Shown piece by piece: positions 39,736 to 51,700 of a stretch of DNA of 64,000 bases (the first letter of the stretch is position 1; each line of letters opens with the position of its first letter). Position numbers and translations under genes: made by a program. Under the pieces are notes generated by a model that had not been told where the DNA came from, did not search any database, and was given only the letters and a program-made list of their open reading frames with translations. Source of the DNA: Guillardia theta CCMP2712 (Eukaryota > Protista > Cryptophyta); the NCBI RefSeq assembly GCF_000315625.1, contig NW_005434631.1, positions 186,001-250,000 on the forward strand, given 5' to 3'.

Positions 39736-42700
39736 TCATCCTCCAGGTAGCGCCGTTAGGCCCGAAGCGATCCTGCAATGCGGTTCACAGCTGAGACGAG
39801 GAGAGACGAGGAGAGAGGAGAGGAGAGGGGGAGGAAGGTTAGAGGTGGAAAGAGGAGGGCAGGACGTGGTGATAGGAACCTTGCGGCAAGCAAGCATCTC
39901 CTGCGAGATGTCGCTTGCTTCTTCTTTCTTCGCGCTCCATGTCTTCTTGCCGGAGAGGAGGAGCGGAGGGCCTTCAATGATCTCCTCCACCTGCCGCGCC
40001 ACCTCCTGCGAGCTCGTCCGGGCCACCGACAGCCGCGGGCAGTCGGGCGGGTCGTCCAGCTGCGCTCCGTCCTTGATGAGCAGACTGCTGGAGAGGGAGC
40101 CTATCCTCCCCTTGCTCTGCGTCGCGAACTTGTCGGGGCTACTCCTCATCCTCTCCGGCTGGAGCCTGTCGAAGGGGCCCCGAGCTCCTCCAACCCCCCC
40201 TTCTTCCTCCTCCTCTTCCTCGTCATACAGCACAAGAACCTGTGCGGGGTCAGCTTGCAGGAAGAATGGAGGAGGAGGTTGAGTGGAGGAGGGAGCGAGA
40301 GGGAGAGGGAAGAGAGAAGGAGGAAGGAGTCCCTACGTTGCCGTTGCTCTCCTGCTGTGCCTTGACCCCGTTTGCAGCTCTGACGATGCTGAGGATCCTC
40401 CGCAGGCTCATGCCGAGAAACTCGTCCACCTCCATCCTAGCTCCCTCCTGAGCACAAGCTCATGCCAGGTATGCACACAGTTGAGGGATCAGTGAGGAGA
40501 GTATGGGGGAGGGAGAGGGGGAGGAGGAGGAGGAGGAGGAGGGGGACCTGAGATTGTGTCCCCCTGCTTGCAAAGCTCTTCCACGCTGCTTCCGCTTGCT
40601 GCAGCGCCTGTTCGAGGGCTCCGAGCTTGAGCATGCACACGGCACAGTTGACCTGACCGACGGCTATGAGCTCAGGAGAAGAGGAGGATAGTAGAGAAGG
40701 AGGCGGTGGCGGGGGGGGCGGGGGCTGAGATGGAGGAGATGCGGGAGGAGGATGGAGAAGGAGAGGTCCTACCTGAGCGATGCTGAGGACCAGCTCGGGG
40801 CTGCAGGAGAACAACGAATCGACTGTGGAGGAGGAGGAAGATGAGGAAGAGGAAGCGGAAGAGCAAGCCTTCTCTTCGTCTGCTCCTTGCTTCGGGCTCG
40901 TGAGCTCGACACTGCCAGGAGGGAGGGAGAGGAGGCATGGCCAGCTACAAGGGGAGGGGAGGGAGGAGGAGCCCTTCCTCACACCACTCAGCGTCTGCCT
41001 CGCAGCCGTGAAGAGCTTGAGTGCCATGCTGAAGTTGCCGAGCTGTGCGTGAAGATACCCGACATGCAGCTGGCAGCAAATGCGCTGAAACAGGAGGAGG
41101 AGGAGGAAAAAGAGTGAACGTGAGCAGGTGGCACAACAAGTTTCTCTTCTCTTCTACCTGTCGCCCGCTGATCCCCCCGAAGTCGATGCTGCTGTCACCC
41201 GTCCTTGCATCCTCGTCGATGAAGCTCCACAGCTTGTCGATCGCTGACTTGACCTCCTGCTCCTGCCGTCAGTCCTGCCATGAGCCCGAGCCGACGCAGA
41301 AGTTACCTGGGGCTGAGGAGAGCGCGGAGCAGGGGAGAGAGGAGGAGGAGGAAGAGGACCGGCCGGAGGTCGAACGGCTCGACGAGCAACGCAGTGAGCT
41401 AGCCAGCACTTCATGCCCTCGGAAAAGCTCCTGGGCAGGTTGAAATCTTTAGTGGGAGAGGAAGGGAGGAGAGGATGGAAGAAACGAGAGAGAAGAGGGG
41501 AAGGGAGAGGAGGAGAGGATAAGAGAGAGGTTGAGAGGAAAGGGTCAAGAAGGGAAGGAGAGGAGAGGAGAAGGAGGAGGGAAAGAGAGGAGAGGGGAGG
41601 AAGAAGGGAAAGAGAGGAGAGGAGAGGGAGAAGGAAGGAGGGAGGAGTGAAATTTCTTGCGGAACAACCTTGCATTACTGGCGATGAGATTGTCTAGGAG
41701 GGCACTCGCTAGGTCAACCTCCTCAATGAGCGCGAAGTTTTCAGCTGCCTCGCTCCAGCGATGAGCGATCTGACCATCCTGTGAGGATGAACAGAGCAGA
41801 GGATAAGCATGGATGATGGTGAGGAAGGGAGGGAGAGATGGGAGGGAGAGAGGGTGGGAGGGAGAGATGGGAAGGTGGGAGGGAGAGATGGGAGGGAGGG
41901 AGGGATGGGAGGGCTCGAAAGCAAAAAGAGGGATTTCTAACCTCTCTAATCGTCGCATCCTCGCAGTGTCGGCTCCTACCATTGGTCGAGGGTCTGGCGC
42001 TACTTCAGAGGAGGAGGAGGAGGAGGAGGAGGAGGAGGAGGAGGAGTGCGCAACAGGCACGCACCTGTGCCTCTGCCCCCGAGACGACGTCAACCTCCCC
42101 CTACTCACAGGTCGACCCCAGCTCCCTCCCAGCATCTCTCCCCCGCCTGCTTCCTGCTGAGATTCTCCACGGTGCCCCGCCTACTCGCAGGCATCAGAAG
42201 TTGCCCTCCTCCTCCCCTTAGCTCGGACCTGTGCTGGAGTGGAGCTGGACGCTCCTGCCTCCCTCTGCGCCTCGTCCTCCTCCCTGGGATCGTCTGAAGC
42301 GAAGAAGGGGAGCCACAGGCATTCGACCCTCCTCCCCTCCTCCCCCTGCCACTCAGCCTCCTCCTCCGCCGCCCTGACCGCCTTCCACTTGGGCTGCGAC
42401 CAGATCCTCTCAGCTCGCAGCTGGGAGAGAGTTGAGGGCGAAGACGTACCGTCTGCTGCGCTGCCTTCCTCCTCCTCCTGAGCAGCGAGCATCGCTCCAT
42501 CCCAGCTTCTCCCTGCCCGTTTTGTCACCTTGACTCTGACTTGTCCTCCTTCCTCCTCCTTCCCTCTCTCTCCCTCCCTCCTCTCCCTCCTCTCCCTCCC
42601 TCCCTCCTCCCCCTCCATTTTCAGACCTGCTGCATGGAGTAGTCATGAGCAGCCAGTCGCATCCTCATGACCGCCTGCAGGCGAGTCGCGCAGGTGCAAA

Positions 42701-44580
42701 GGAGGAGCAAGGAGGATCGAAGAGAGAAACGACGGAGATGACGAGAAATCTCCTGCACGACACACGCACAGTCATTTGTCAAAAGAGGAGAAGATGGTGG
42801 CAGTAGCAGATTTGGGAGGAGAGGCACGGAGGAGGAGAAGAATGAGGAGGATGAGGAGAGTGAGGAGGAGGGGGAGAGTGATAGGGAGGGAGGGAGGGAG
42901 GGAGGGAGGGAGGGAGGGAGGGAGGGAGGGAGAGAGAGAGAACGGGAGAGAGAGAGAGGAGAAAGAGGAGAAAGAGGAGAAAGAGGAGGAGAGGTGGTGG
43001 TGGTGGTGTTACCTCAGCAGCCAGTCGCGTACGGAGCAGTCTCCTTCGCTCCGACGCTGCGAGCAAGACCCGCTGCAGTTGACGTTTCGCCTCCTCTCTT
43101 TCTTGCAGCAGCGGGATGAAGCTCCTTCTAGCCTCGGTCCTCCTCACCACCCCAGCAAGCACCTGCAAGGAAGGAGTCAGCTCCTGCCTGCTCTCTTCCC
43201 CTAATCCTCATTCTCTCCCTTTTTTCTCCCCTCCTCCCTGTCTCGCCCCATTCCCCCACCCTCCCTCCCCTCCCTCTTCTCCTCCCTTACCATTCTCGCC
43301 CGCTCCCTCCTGCGTTTCTCCTCGTCCACTAGCAGCCTCTTCATCCCCGGCCCGATGATCTCCCTGCACGCCCGCAGCTTCAGCAGGAAGCAGGAGAAGC
43401 TTGACAGCTTTGCTCGTCGCAGTAGGTGGGCGGAGATGACGGTTGCGCACTTCGAACGGTAGAGGTAGTTCCAGGAGGAACGCGCGGTCCGCCGCCTGCT
43501 GACTGACTGCAGCACACAGATCGCAGTCCTCTCGTCCTCAAAACTTCTCCTCCCCCTCCACGCCATGATCATTCTCTGCAGCGTTTTCCTCCCCCGACAA
43601 ATCCCCCTCAGTCTCTCCGCAAGGCCGCTCCTAAAGTTGGCGTCAAGGACGAGCTTGCGGCGGACCCATGCTGTGATCATGCTCGCGCTCTTCCTTCTTG
43701 ACACCCACGTCTCCGACCTGTTCGTTTCATCATCCTCATACGCCAAAACCCGCTGCAGGCTCTCCTCCTCCTCCTCCTCCCCCTCTCTCACTCCCTCTTC
43801 CTCGACCACTTGCTTTCTTGCTTCAACATTGCACCCGCGCTCCCTTCTCATCTCCTCCAGGTTGAATCCTTCTTCGAAGTTTATCTCCATCGCCTCTCTT
43901 TCTTCCCTTGGCCCCAGCGCGATCCGCACATTCAGCTCCTCCTCGATGGCTTGCGCGGGACGAGGAGGGAGAGTCTTGAGGAAGCGGGAGAGGCGGTGAG
44001 AAAGTCGTCCATTGCCCGGAGAGAAGTCGGAGCTCTCAGCAGGCAGTAGGAAGGCAGGTGACTGCATGTCTGCAAGATAGCGAATCGTCGTCAACCTCTT
44101 CTTCTCCACCGAGCAGAGCAGTGGAGTGAGCATGAGCTTTGTCTTGGTCTGGAGACTCGCGCCCCCCAGCTCCACGAGGAGGCGGACGAGAGTCGTGTGC
44201 CCGTTCGACGCTGCGATGTGGAGAGGAGTGTATCCTCGAAGGTCTGTCTCGTCCACAGAACATCCCGCAAGCATCAGCCTTGCCGCTACCTGCACCCTAT
44301 CATGCACAACAGCCGAGTGCAGCGGAACCATGCCCGTGGCGTCCTGAACATCAAGATCCGCACCATACTTGACGAGCAGGGAGACGATCGGGAGGTTTCC
44401 CCTCGCAGAAGCATGATGCAACGCCGTCATACCGTGCTCGTCCGACCCAGAGATGTCTGCTCCCAGGTGAATAGCCTCCTCCACCTCTGCTGCTGTTCCG
44501 CTGCGAGCAGCTTCGATGACATCAAACGTCCGGCGCCCGAACCCTCTCATGGTCTCGCTGCCCAAGGTGTTCCGATCCAC
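39736..44580 (-). CDS. Ankyrin-repeat + IQ-like + TPR-like protein, multi-exon
   Basis: Ankyrin repeats GMTALHHASARG, GMVPLHSAV, GYTPLHIAASNG and LTPLLCSV. Repeated IQ-like motifs (AICVLQSVSRRRTAR, ATRLQAVMRMRLA). TPR-like helices (NCAVCMLKLGALEQALQQAEAA). The 3' end is approximate. Confidence 0.7.
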
Positions 44581-45314
44581 TGCCGATCGAAGTATCCCCT
44601 CACCTCTCCATCGCGCAACAGGTCAACTTTGCTGGGGATGTTTGTGAGAAATTCTGTTGGTAGCTTATCTCACCTCATCAGTTCCGATCCCATGTTGCTC
44701 CCTCTCCCTCTCCCTCTCCCTCCCTCTCTCTCTCTGTGCATCTCTGCTCAACACCCAGCCTCTCTCCGTCTCTTCCTCCTCCTCCCTCCACCCTCCAGCC
44801 ATGCTCCTCAGCAGCCATGGCCGTTATCCCCTTCGCCCAACCTCAAAAACTCTCAAACTTTAAACTCAGCCCAGAAGTTTATTCGCAAACGTTTCAAAGT
44901 TCGAATAAAAAGGTCGTAGAACAGGGGTCGCAATGTTGAGGCAAGAAACAGGAGCACCAAGGAGAGGACGGAAGACAGGAGGGGGGTAGAAGCTGCATGC
45001 TCGAGGCTTTGAAGTAGTGGATGATGGAGTAAGGCGTCAGGTTGGGTCCCTTGCAGACTCGCTGATCCATCTGATGCTGTTTTAAACCTAGTCACAAGGT
45101 AAAGGGAGTTGAGAACTTGTAGTGATTTCGTGTTCTTCCCTCCTTTCTTGGAGAATAGGATGACAACTACATGTCGAAGCATGATATCTTCATCTCATAG
45201 GAAATGCACCGCTTTTCTGCATACACTCGTAGACTGAATCACCCAAGGATGATCCTTTTGCTAGGTGATTTGATCCTGTTAGTAACTTGTTCTTCGCTTT
45301 ACCCAGTCGTGACA

Positions 45315-46527
45315 ATGGCCGAACCCCATCATCAACCTCGAGACCATATGGTCTTCGATGACAAAGTCGCGGAGGAGTATGTGAAACAGGTTCTCATTAT
45401 TGGATTTTCTCCTGCTATACTAATCTCTCTACAGCAAATTGTACTTGAAAACGCTCAACAAGTTCTTGAATGTGCCAAGCCTTACATCAAACCTGGCTGC
45501 GAGATCCTCGGTGAGGCCCGAAACACATCCTAAACACATCCTAAACACATCCTCGAGTGCTGGACCCTGACCTTGTTTGCACGCCATCAGATTTCGGATG
45601 CGGCCCTGGGTTTGCGTCCCGCATGCTTGCAGCTCTGCCGGAGGTGAAGAGTGTGCTCGGGGCAGACGTCTCGGAAGGCATGCTGGGCCAGTTCAACAAG
45701 CTTGCGGGTACCGCTGCGTTTATGTTTGCGATGACATCCGCCATGACTTGCAACACAGCCGAAGAGAATGAACAAGTGAGGTCGAAGCTGTCCTCCTTGA
45801 AAACGTCTGCCAACCCCGTAGAGGAGCTGAAACCGCACGTGGGATCGAAGGATCTGGTTGTGATGGCTTTTGTGGTTGGCCACTTGCATCCAAGAGAGGC
45901 AGGCTATGAGGTGCTGAGATTGTCTGCCCTGGTCCAATCCTTTGAAACCCTCAGCAGGTCGTCAAGCTGGCAGCTGCCTGCTTGAAACCTGGTGGTCGCT
46001 TCCTCCTCGCCGAACTCAATGGCGGCGCTCCATTTCATGCTGCCGGAGGAGGGCACGGGCATGGCCATGAGCACGGGCATGGCCATGAGCACGGGCATGG
46101 CCATGAGCACGGGCATGGCCATGAGCACGGGCATGGCCATGAGCACGGGCAGGGGTATGTGATTGTTCAGGTGTGCCAACAGGATGAAGCTGACGATGTG
46201 AACAGACAAGAGACAAGCAGCTGTCATGAGCACGGTCACGGTCACGGTCACGGTCACGGTCACGGTCACGGTCATGAGCATGCCCATGACGAGCACGAGG
46301 TTTACTATGAAGATCAGTTGCATGATTTGCTGGCAAAGGCAGGTGACGTGGCATCGCCTCTCTTCTCTCCTCTACCGTTGTTGTGCCTGATTGCTGTGGC
46401 AGGCATGAGCGGCATCAAGACAGAGAAGGGCTACAAATTCACCAAGAACAATGTGACAGTTAACTGTGCCGTGATCAGCGGCGTGCGCGAGGTCAACAGT
46501 GAACTGTTGTTCACAGAACGACACTGA
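45315..46527 (+). CDS. Class I SAM-dependent methyltransferase with His-Gly-rich insertion
   Basis: L/DFGCGPG, GADVSEGML, DLVVMAFVVGH, LKPGGRFLLAEL, then (HGHGHE)n tracts. Confidence 0.85.
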
Positions 46528-46848
46528 CTGGTGTATGTGCAGTGAAGCGTAACGACCATCAAAGGTGATCATTTTTGAAGGACATCGAATCGTCTCCAGC
46601 ACCATGCAGTGCCGTTTGCTGGCCGTGACTTGAAACGAGAACTTGAACATTGAAATTCTTGTTTGTAATGAATGGCAACATGAATCCGAATGTGTATCGT
46701 GACGAGTCTGCGGCGACTGCCAGGCTGTGTGAAAGCTCTCGGCGATTTTTGGTACCATATCAGGTTATAAAGTAGAAATTTCTAGATACTCTCAGAGGTA
46801 TATAACTGTACTGATCAGATGCACGGGTGCGGTCATCAATCTACATGT

Positions 46849-48651
46849 CTAAAGTTGCAAGGTGCTTTCCTGCTGCTCAATCTCGGTTCTTCTCTGTTTC
46901 TCATTCCCATAATCTTGACAGAGCTCTTCGTATCGCTGCCTCTTGTGCCCACAAAGCCGCTCCTCCTCCTCTTCCTTTTGCTTTTCAAAGTACAATCCCA
47001 AAGTGTTGGTGCCAACAATCTCCGAAGCTCCTTTAGTGAACAGCCTCGTGATGTATTTCTTTGCCCTGTAGCAGACGGGAGGGAGGGAGGGCTGTGTGCT
47101 CGTATCACTCAAGCACTCGTGCAGGTACTCCAGAGCTGCGGCCTCATCCCTACCATGTCGCTCGTTGTACTTGATCATTTCATCAAGGAAGGCGTCTTTC
47201 AAGAACCTTCCCACGGGAACGAGTTCGACCAAGGTCATGCTGTCGTCGCACTTGTTGATTTCTTGCAGGGCCTTGCGGATGTGTGCTCTACTCATTCTCA
47301 CGCTTGCTGAGTCGGCGCCGTCAAATCCCACGCACACCACATACTTCTCGTGCTTGACAGGGCAGGAGAGCGTCGGCTTCACTATGCAGACCTTTCGGAA
47401 GCATCGCGCGAGGATGTATACTCCCCCTACCGTCCCTCGTCCCAAACTGTCAGCAATCCTGCATATGAACGAGCCTCCCTGCTCTAGCGCCCCCATCCCA
47501 GCCCACATCTGCACCAAGAAGGACGGAAGGCTGGAGGTCTCGTTGGTACCACAAGGGGAGCAGCGGTTGACCGCATCTCCGATGACAATGTTAACTCTGC
47601 TAGTGGCAAGCATCGCTATCAACGGCTCAAGGTCTTCAGCCACGTCAGCTCTTGCCGCTGTCATGCTGTCTTGAGGATACGTGCGCAACAATGAGGAGGA
47701 CGGCAAGGACTGCTGGAGGCTCGGGAGGTCTGGGCTTGCCTTGTCGTTACGGTTCAAGATCCACCCGCACTTGACTCGCTGCCCCAACGACTGTAGCAGG
47801 AAGTCAGAGCAGCCGCCTCTTCCTCCATGGAGATCGAGGAACGAGACTCTGTCACGATTTTGTGTTCCTGTCATTGGCATAGCTCCATCTTTCATGAGAG
47901 ATTGGCTGCAAATGTCAAACACATCTGCAAGCTTCACTCCGGCTCTGCTAACAAAAGGTGTGCACAAAGATGAGTAACATGGGAAGAACTTCTTGATGGT
48001 TGTCGAACTCTTCATATTTGTTATTCCCCGATTTTCCAGGACTTCTTCCAATACATTGTCAGGGCAGAAATTCGAATACTTGTATTCTTTCAGCATTTGG
48101 CCCTTCACAAGCCACTCGTGTTGCGGCTGAAAGGAAATACTGCTGTCCAGCAGGAGTTCTGATCTTTCAATCCAGCGGAGATCCGCAGCTTTCACTCCTC
48201 GCCAAGCTCTCTTATCAACGTTCTCATACTCGCAAGTCAAACCCAATCGATCTCCTTGTAGTCTTGTCGTACATTGGACAGGTACAGTCATACCCTGACC
48301 TCGCTTGCCGAGACCATCTCCCTTGCGGTAGCCGTATTTCTCCAGCTGCTTCCTCGCAAACTCAGATATGACCAGTTTTTCAGGTTGCGTCTCAGGTTGC
48401 GTCTTGGTTCGACCACATTCCTCGTCAGCTGTCTTATTCCGACTGGAACCATTGACGTTCATTCTGGGCACGCGCAGATGAATGACGTTAGGGATTTGAA
48501 TTCTGCATACACCAAACACTAAGAAGAAGACGTGATAGAGTATCACTTGCAGCCAAGAGAAGGTGTCGAGCAATTGTTGGCTGGTACAAACTTGCAATAA
48601 AGATTCATCCTTAGCCAGTAAGGGATCGATGTCTCTGATGATCATGTCGAC
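46849..48651 (-). CDS. CMTR1: G-patch + CMTR1-like RrmJ/FtsJ cap 2'-O-methyltransferase domain (last exon of the predicted fusion gene)
   Basis: G-patch ARKQLEKYGYRKGDGLGKRGQG..RLGL; FVSRAGVKLADV; FLDLHGGRGGCSDF; IGDA; GGSFICRIAD; KPTLSCPVKHEKYVVCVGF. Preceded by a phase-0 acceptor at 48652. Confidence 0.8.
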   Translation of the reverse strand, partial: VDMIIRDIDPLLAKDESLLQVCTSQQLLDTFSWLQVILYHVFFLVFGVCRIQIPNVIHLRVPRMNVNGSSRNKTADEECGRTKTQPETQPEKLVISEFARKQLEKYGYRKGDGLGKRGQGMTVPVQCTTRLQGDRLGLTCEYENVDKRAWRGVKAADLRWIERSELLLDSSISFQPQHEWLVKGQMLKEYKYSNFCPDNVLEEVLENRGITNMKSSTTIKKFFPCYSSLCTPFVSRAGVKLADVFDICSQSLMKDGAMPMTGTQNRDRVSFLDLHGGRGGCSDFLLQSLGQRVKCGWILNRNDKASPDLPSLQQSLPSSSLLRTYPQDSMTAARADVAEDLEPLIAMLATSRVNIVIGDAVNRCSPCGTNETSSLPSFLVQMWAGMGALEQGGSFICRIADSLGRGTVGGVYILARCFRKVCIVKPTLSCPVKHEKYVVCVGFDGADSASVRMSRAHIRKALQEINKCDDSMTLVELVPVGRFLKDAFLDEMIKYNERHGRDEAAALEYLHECLSDTSTQPSLPPVCYRAKKYITRLFTKGASEIVGTNTLGLYFEKQKEEEEERLCGHKRQRYEELCQDYGNEKQRRTEIEQQESTLQL

Positions 48652-48703
48652 CTAAACAAAGCGTGAGCTATCAATCAATGCAGCCACAGCATCATCTGCT
48701 TAC

Positions 48704-51700
48704 CATGCTTGGGTGTTCTTCTAGCATGCTTTCCGTCAGTTCCTGCGTGACTTCTTGTAGGTAACGCCATAGTTCTTGTGTGGTAGGTTGATCCAAGGAT
48801 TTGATAGGCAACTTGCCTGTAAGGATCAGATGTGCGAGTGCGTATCGCTCTTTGAGCTCGGAGGGATCATCTAAGCTCCAGACATGCGTGATGGAAGGGA
48901 GAGAGGTTTTGTCGATGAGGTCAAGGAACGCAGAGCTTTCCTGCTTGATCTCTCGCATGCTGATCTTTTTCTTGCCCGTGTACCTCTCTTCAACAATGAA
49001 GAAGTCATCGTCCGTTTCTCGGAAGATCCACGAGTAAACTCTCTGGCGGAGGGCGAAGGTCAAACCTAAGAAACTTTCGTCCTCCTTCCCCTCCATCGGC
49101 TGAAAGCTGTTTGGTGGCCACCAGAAGTGACGGGCGCAGACCAGACTGAATAACCGATTCTCAAAACGATAGTGCAGAAATGCTTTCAAGAAGTTTTCGA
49201 TCGCATCTTTGCTCTTGCAGTCACCGTCGTTTGAAGATCTTTCTCCGAACACCTTGGCTAGTGGCTCATTGTATGATTGTTTCAGGTTATCAAACAGCAG
49301 CAAGCCCACATTTCCCTTGAACTCCTTTGCAAGAAAGTAAGGCGTGTTCGGCGAGTTCTTGTCATCATGGGCCAAAAGTCCTCGAGCTGAACGAGCCAAA
49401 GCGACTTCATTCACGAGCATGCTCAGTTGTGCGAACGCGAGCTCCAGCTGGTCGAAACGAGGATTCGGATGGTGATCATCTACTGCATGACGACGAATGA
49501 TGCTATGGAAGAACTGACTGTGAGACCTGGGACTTTCCTTCTCCTCTGAGAAGCACGCATGCATGTGTAGCATGTCTCCTGCACCCTGCCAGATCCTGAC
49601 TTGTCGGATAACTTCCTCTCGCAGTGCTTGCAGCCGCCTGTCATATCTACTCTTCACTGACTCCCACGGTACCGTAGGAGTAAAAGCATTTTGAATGAGA
49701 TCTAAGTCGTCCCTTGCCGCGTCGTCGCAAGCCTCGTGCCTCCTCTTGCGATGTTTGAGCATGAAGTAGTCGTTGCCTTTGCGGTTTCCGAGGGCAAACA
49801 GATGATGAACACTTTGAACATTAAACGTTGACTGGATTGCGCTGGGCAAAACGACGAAGCAGTTCCCTCGCGATCAAAGTCGATCATAACTGTCACATCC
49901 ATGAATAAGAAATCTTTATCTCGTGACCAGATCACAACAGCTTTGTGTCTCTGTGCATAGAGCAATGCCACGGTATCAGCATTCTGAAGCTCCTTGGAGC
50001 CTGAATGATACAAGTCTATGCGAGCCGCATCTTGGTTTTCCAGAGCTTGAATCGCTCCTACCATCACTCGTTTCTTCATCATCACATCAGTCTCCGTCCC
50101 TCCTCCATCAAAACAAGCCTTCAGATTCTCTCTCATATGAGCAGCTCTTTCAGTCACGTCGACATCTTGATACAGCTCCTTCATGTACTTGAGCTTGCTG
50201 AAGTTGCTCTCCTGTTGCACTCCTCCGTCGTCAGGCACGCCGTCAAAGATAAAGACGATCCTGGATCGCGGATCGTTGCCGCTTCCTACCTGAAGCTCGG
50301 TCCAGAGCTTTTGAAAGAGACGTAGATAGGCCTTGTAGGATTTGATATGATCCAGCTGAGAGTGAAGTGACTTGAGATTGGACCCGTCGACAACAATCAG
50401 AGGAGCACAAGCTTCTCTTGCAATCCTTTCGTTTATCAGGTGTGACAGTCGATACTTTTCAGCTGGAACTTTCTTGTGTAAAGCCCAGATGGTGTGAGAT
50501 CTGGTGGGGCGGATCCGGTTGATGACAGAAGTGCAAACTGAAGGCAGTATCTTACCTTTGAGCAATCGCTCCTCGAGATCGATCGAGCTGATTCGAAACC
50601 GTCGCATCCACTCGTGTGCGATCAGCTTTCTAGCTAGCTGAATGCCATGAGCTTCCGAGCTTGGGAAAACCTTGAACAAGCGCAAAGTCCTGCTGAGCTC
50701 TGCGATTCTGAGCTCTGCGAAGTATCGCGCGCCCAACAAAAAATATTCCATCCACAGGTTGTCCACGCGACCTTGATCTATCAGGCTCAGCTCGCATCCA
50801 TCTGGGCTCTGAGGCCAGCTCACCCCAGTATATGGCAGAAGGGCCTGCAGGTAGTCCTCGGCAATGCCCTCGAAGTGCTCGCAGACCAGAAACGTCTCGC
50901 TGCTCGTGGACGCGCTCGTGGTCGGTTTGCATACAGAAGTGCGTGCGAAGACACATGAGACAAGATAGACCAGACAAAGACTCGCATGGTCACACAGACT
51001 CGCCATCCTCATCACCAGGTTTCCTCCCTTGCTCAAAGCTCCCATCGCTGTCACGACTTGACAAAATTGCAGTTGCGCATCCATGGCGCAAGCCTGACCT
51101 GATGCTGCTCCACCCATGCACCCATCAGCCGTCACCAGCATAACAGGACCCTTGCTCTTCATCTTCTCCCATGCTCCCTCTATGTTGGGACGCAGCCGCA
51201 TGTCACCGGTATTATCAGCTCCAAAGTACCAGTGCACTACGGTCTCGGTGATCAAAGCGTCATCTCCGGTCTGCGTAAAGAGTTCAAGGAAGCACACGGC
51301 ATGAGAACTAAAGTCACCAGATGTCGCTGGTCGTTTCCTTCGAAGTGAGGGTTTAAGGTACAAGCAACCCAGTCCCATTCAATGTTTTCTTCAGATTGTT
51401 TCCTTAAACCCATAAAGTAATGATTTGTTGCAGAGACAAACGCGCCTCGAGCTTCACATAGATGTAACGAAATGAATTTCTTCGTGCATTGTAAATTGAT
51501 AAGTTGGAATGCTGAAAGTATCTCATACATCTTCGCAAAATCAACGGAGCACAGCTCAGGCGCTATTCTGTCTCGAATCGCGGGTTCTACCGCGGCGGTC
51601 AGAATTGTTCGGGCAGTGAGAGCGTCCCATTCCTAAGGCAGGTCAGCTACAGCACGTGCTCTCTCTACAGCCTACCTGCTTGTCTACGCCTTCCACTTGC

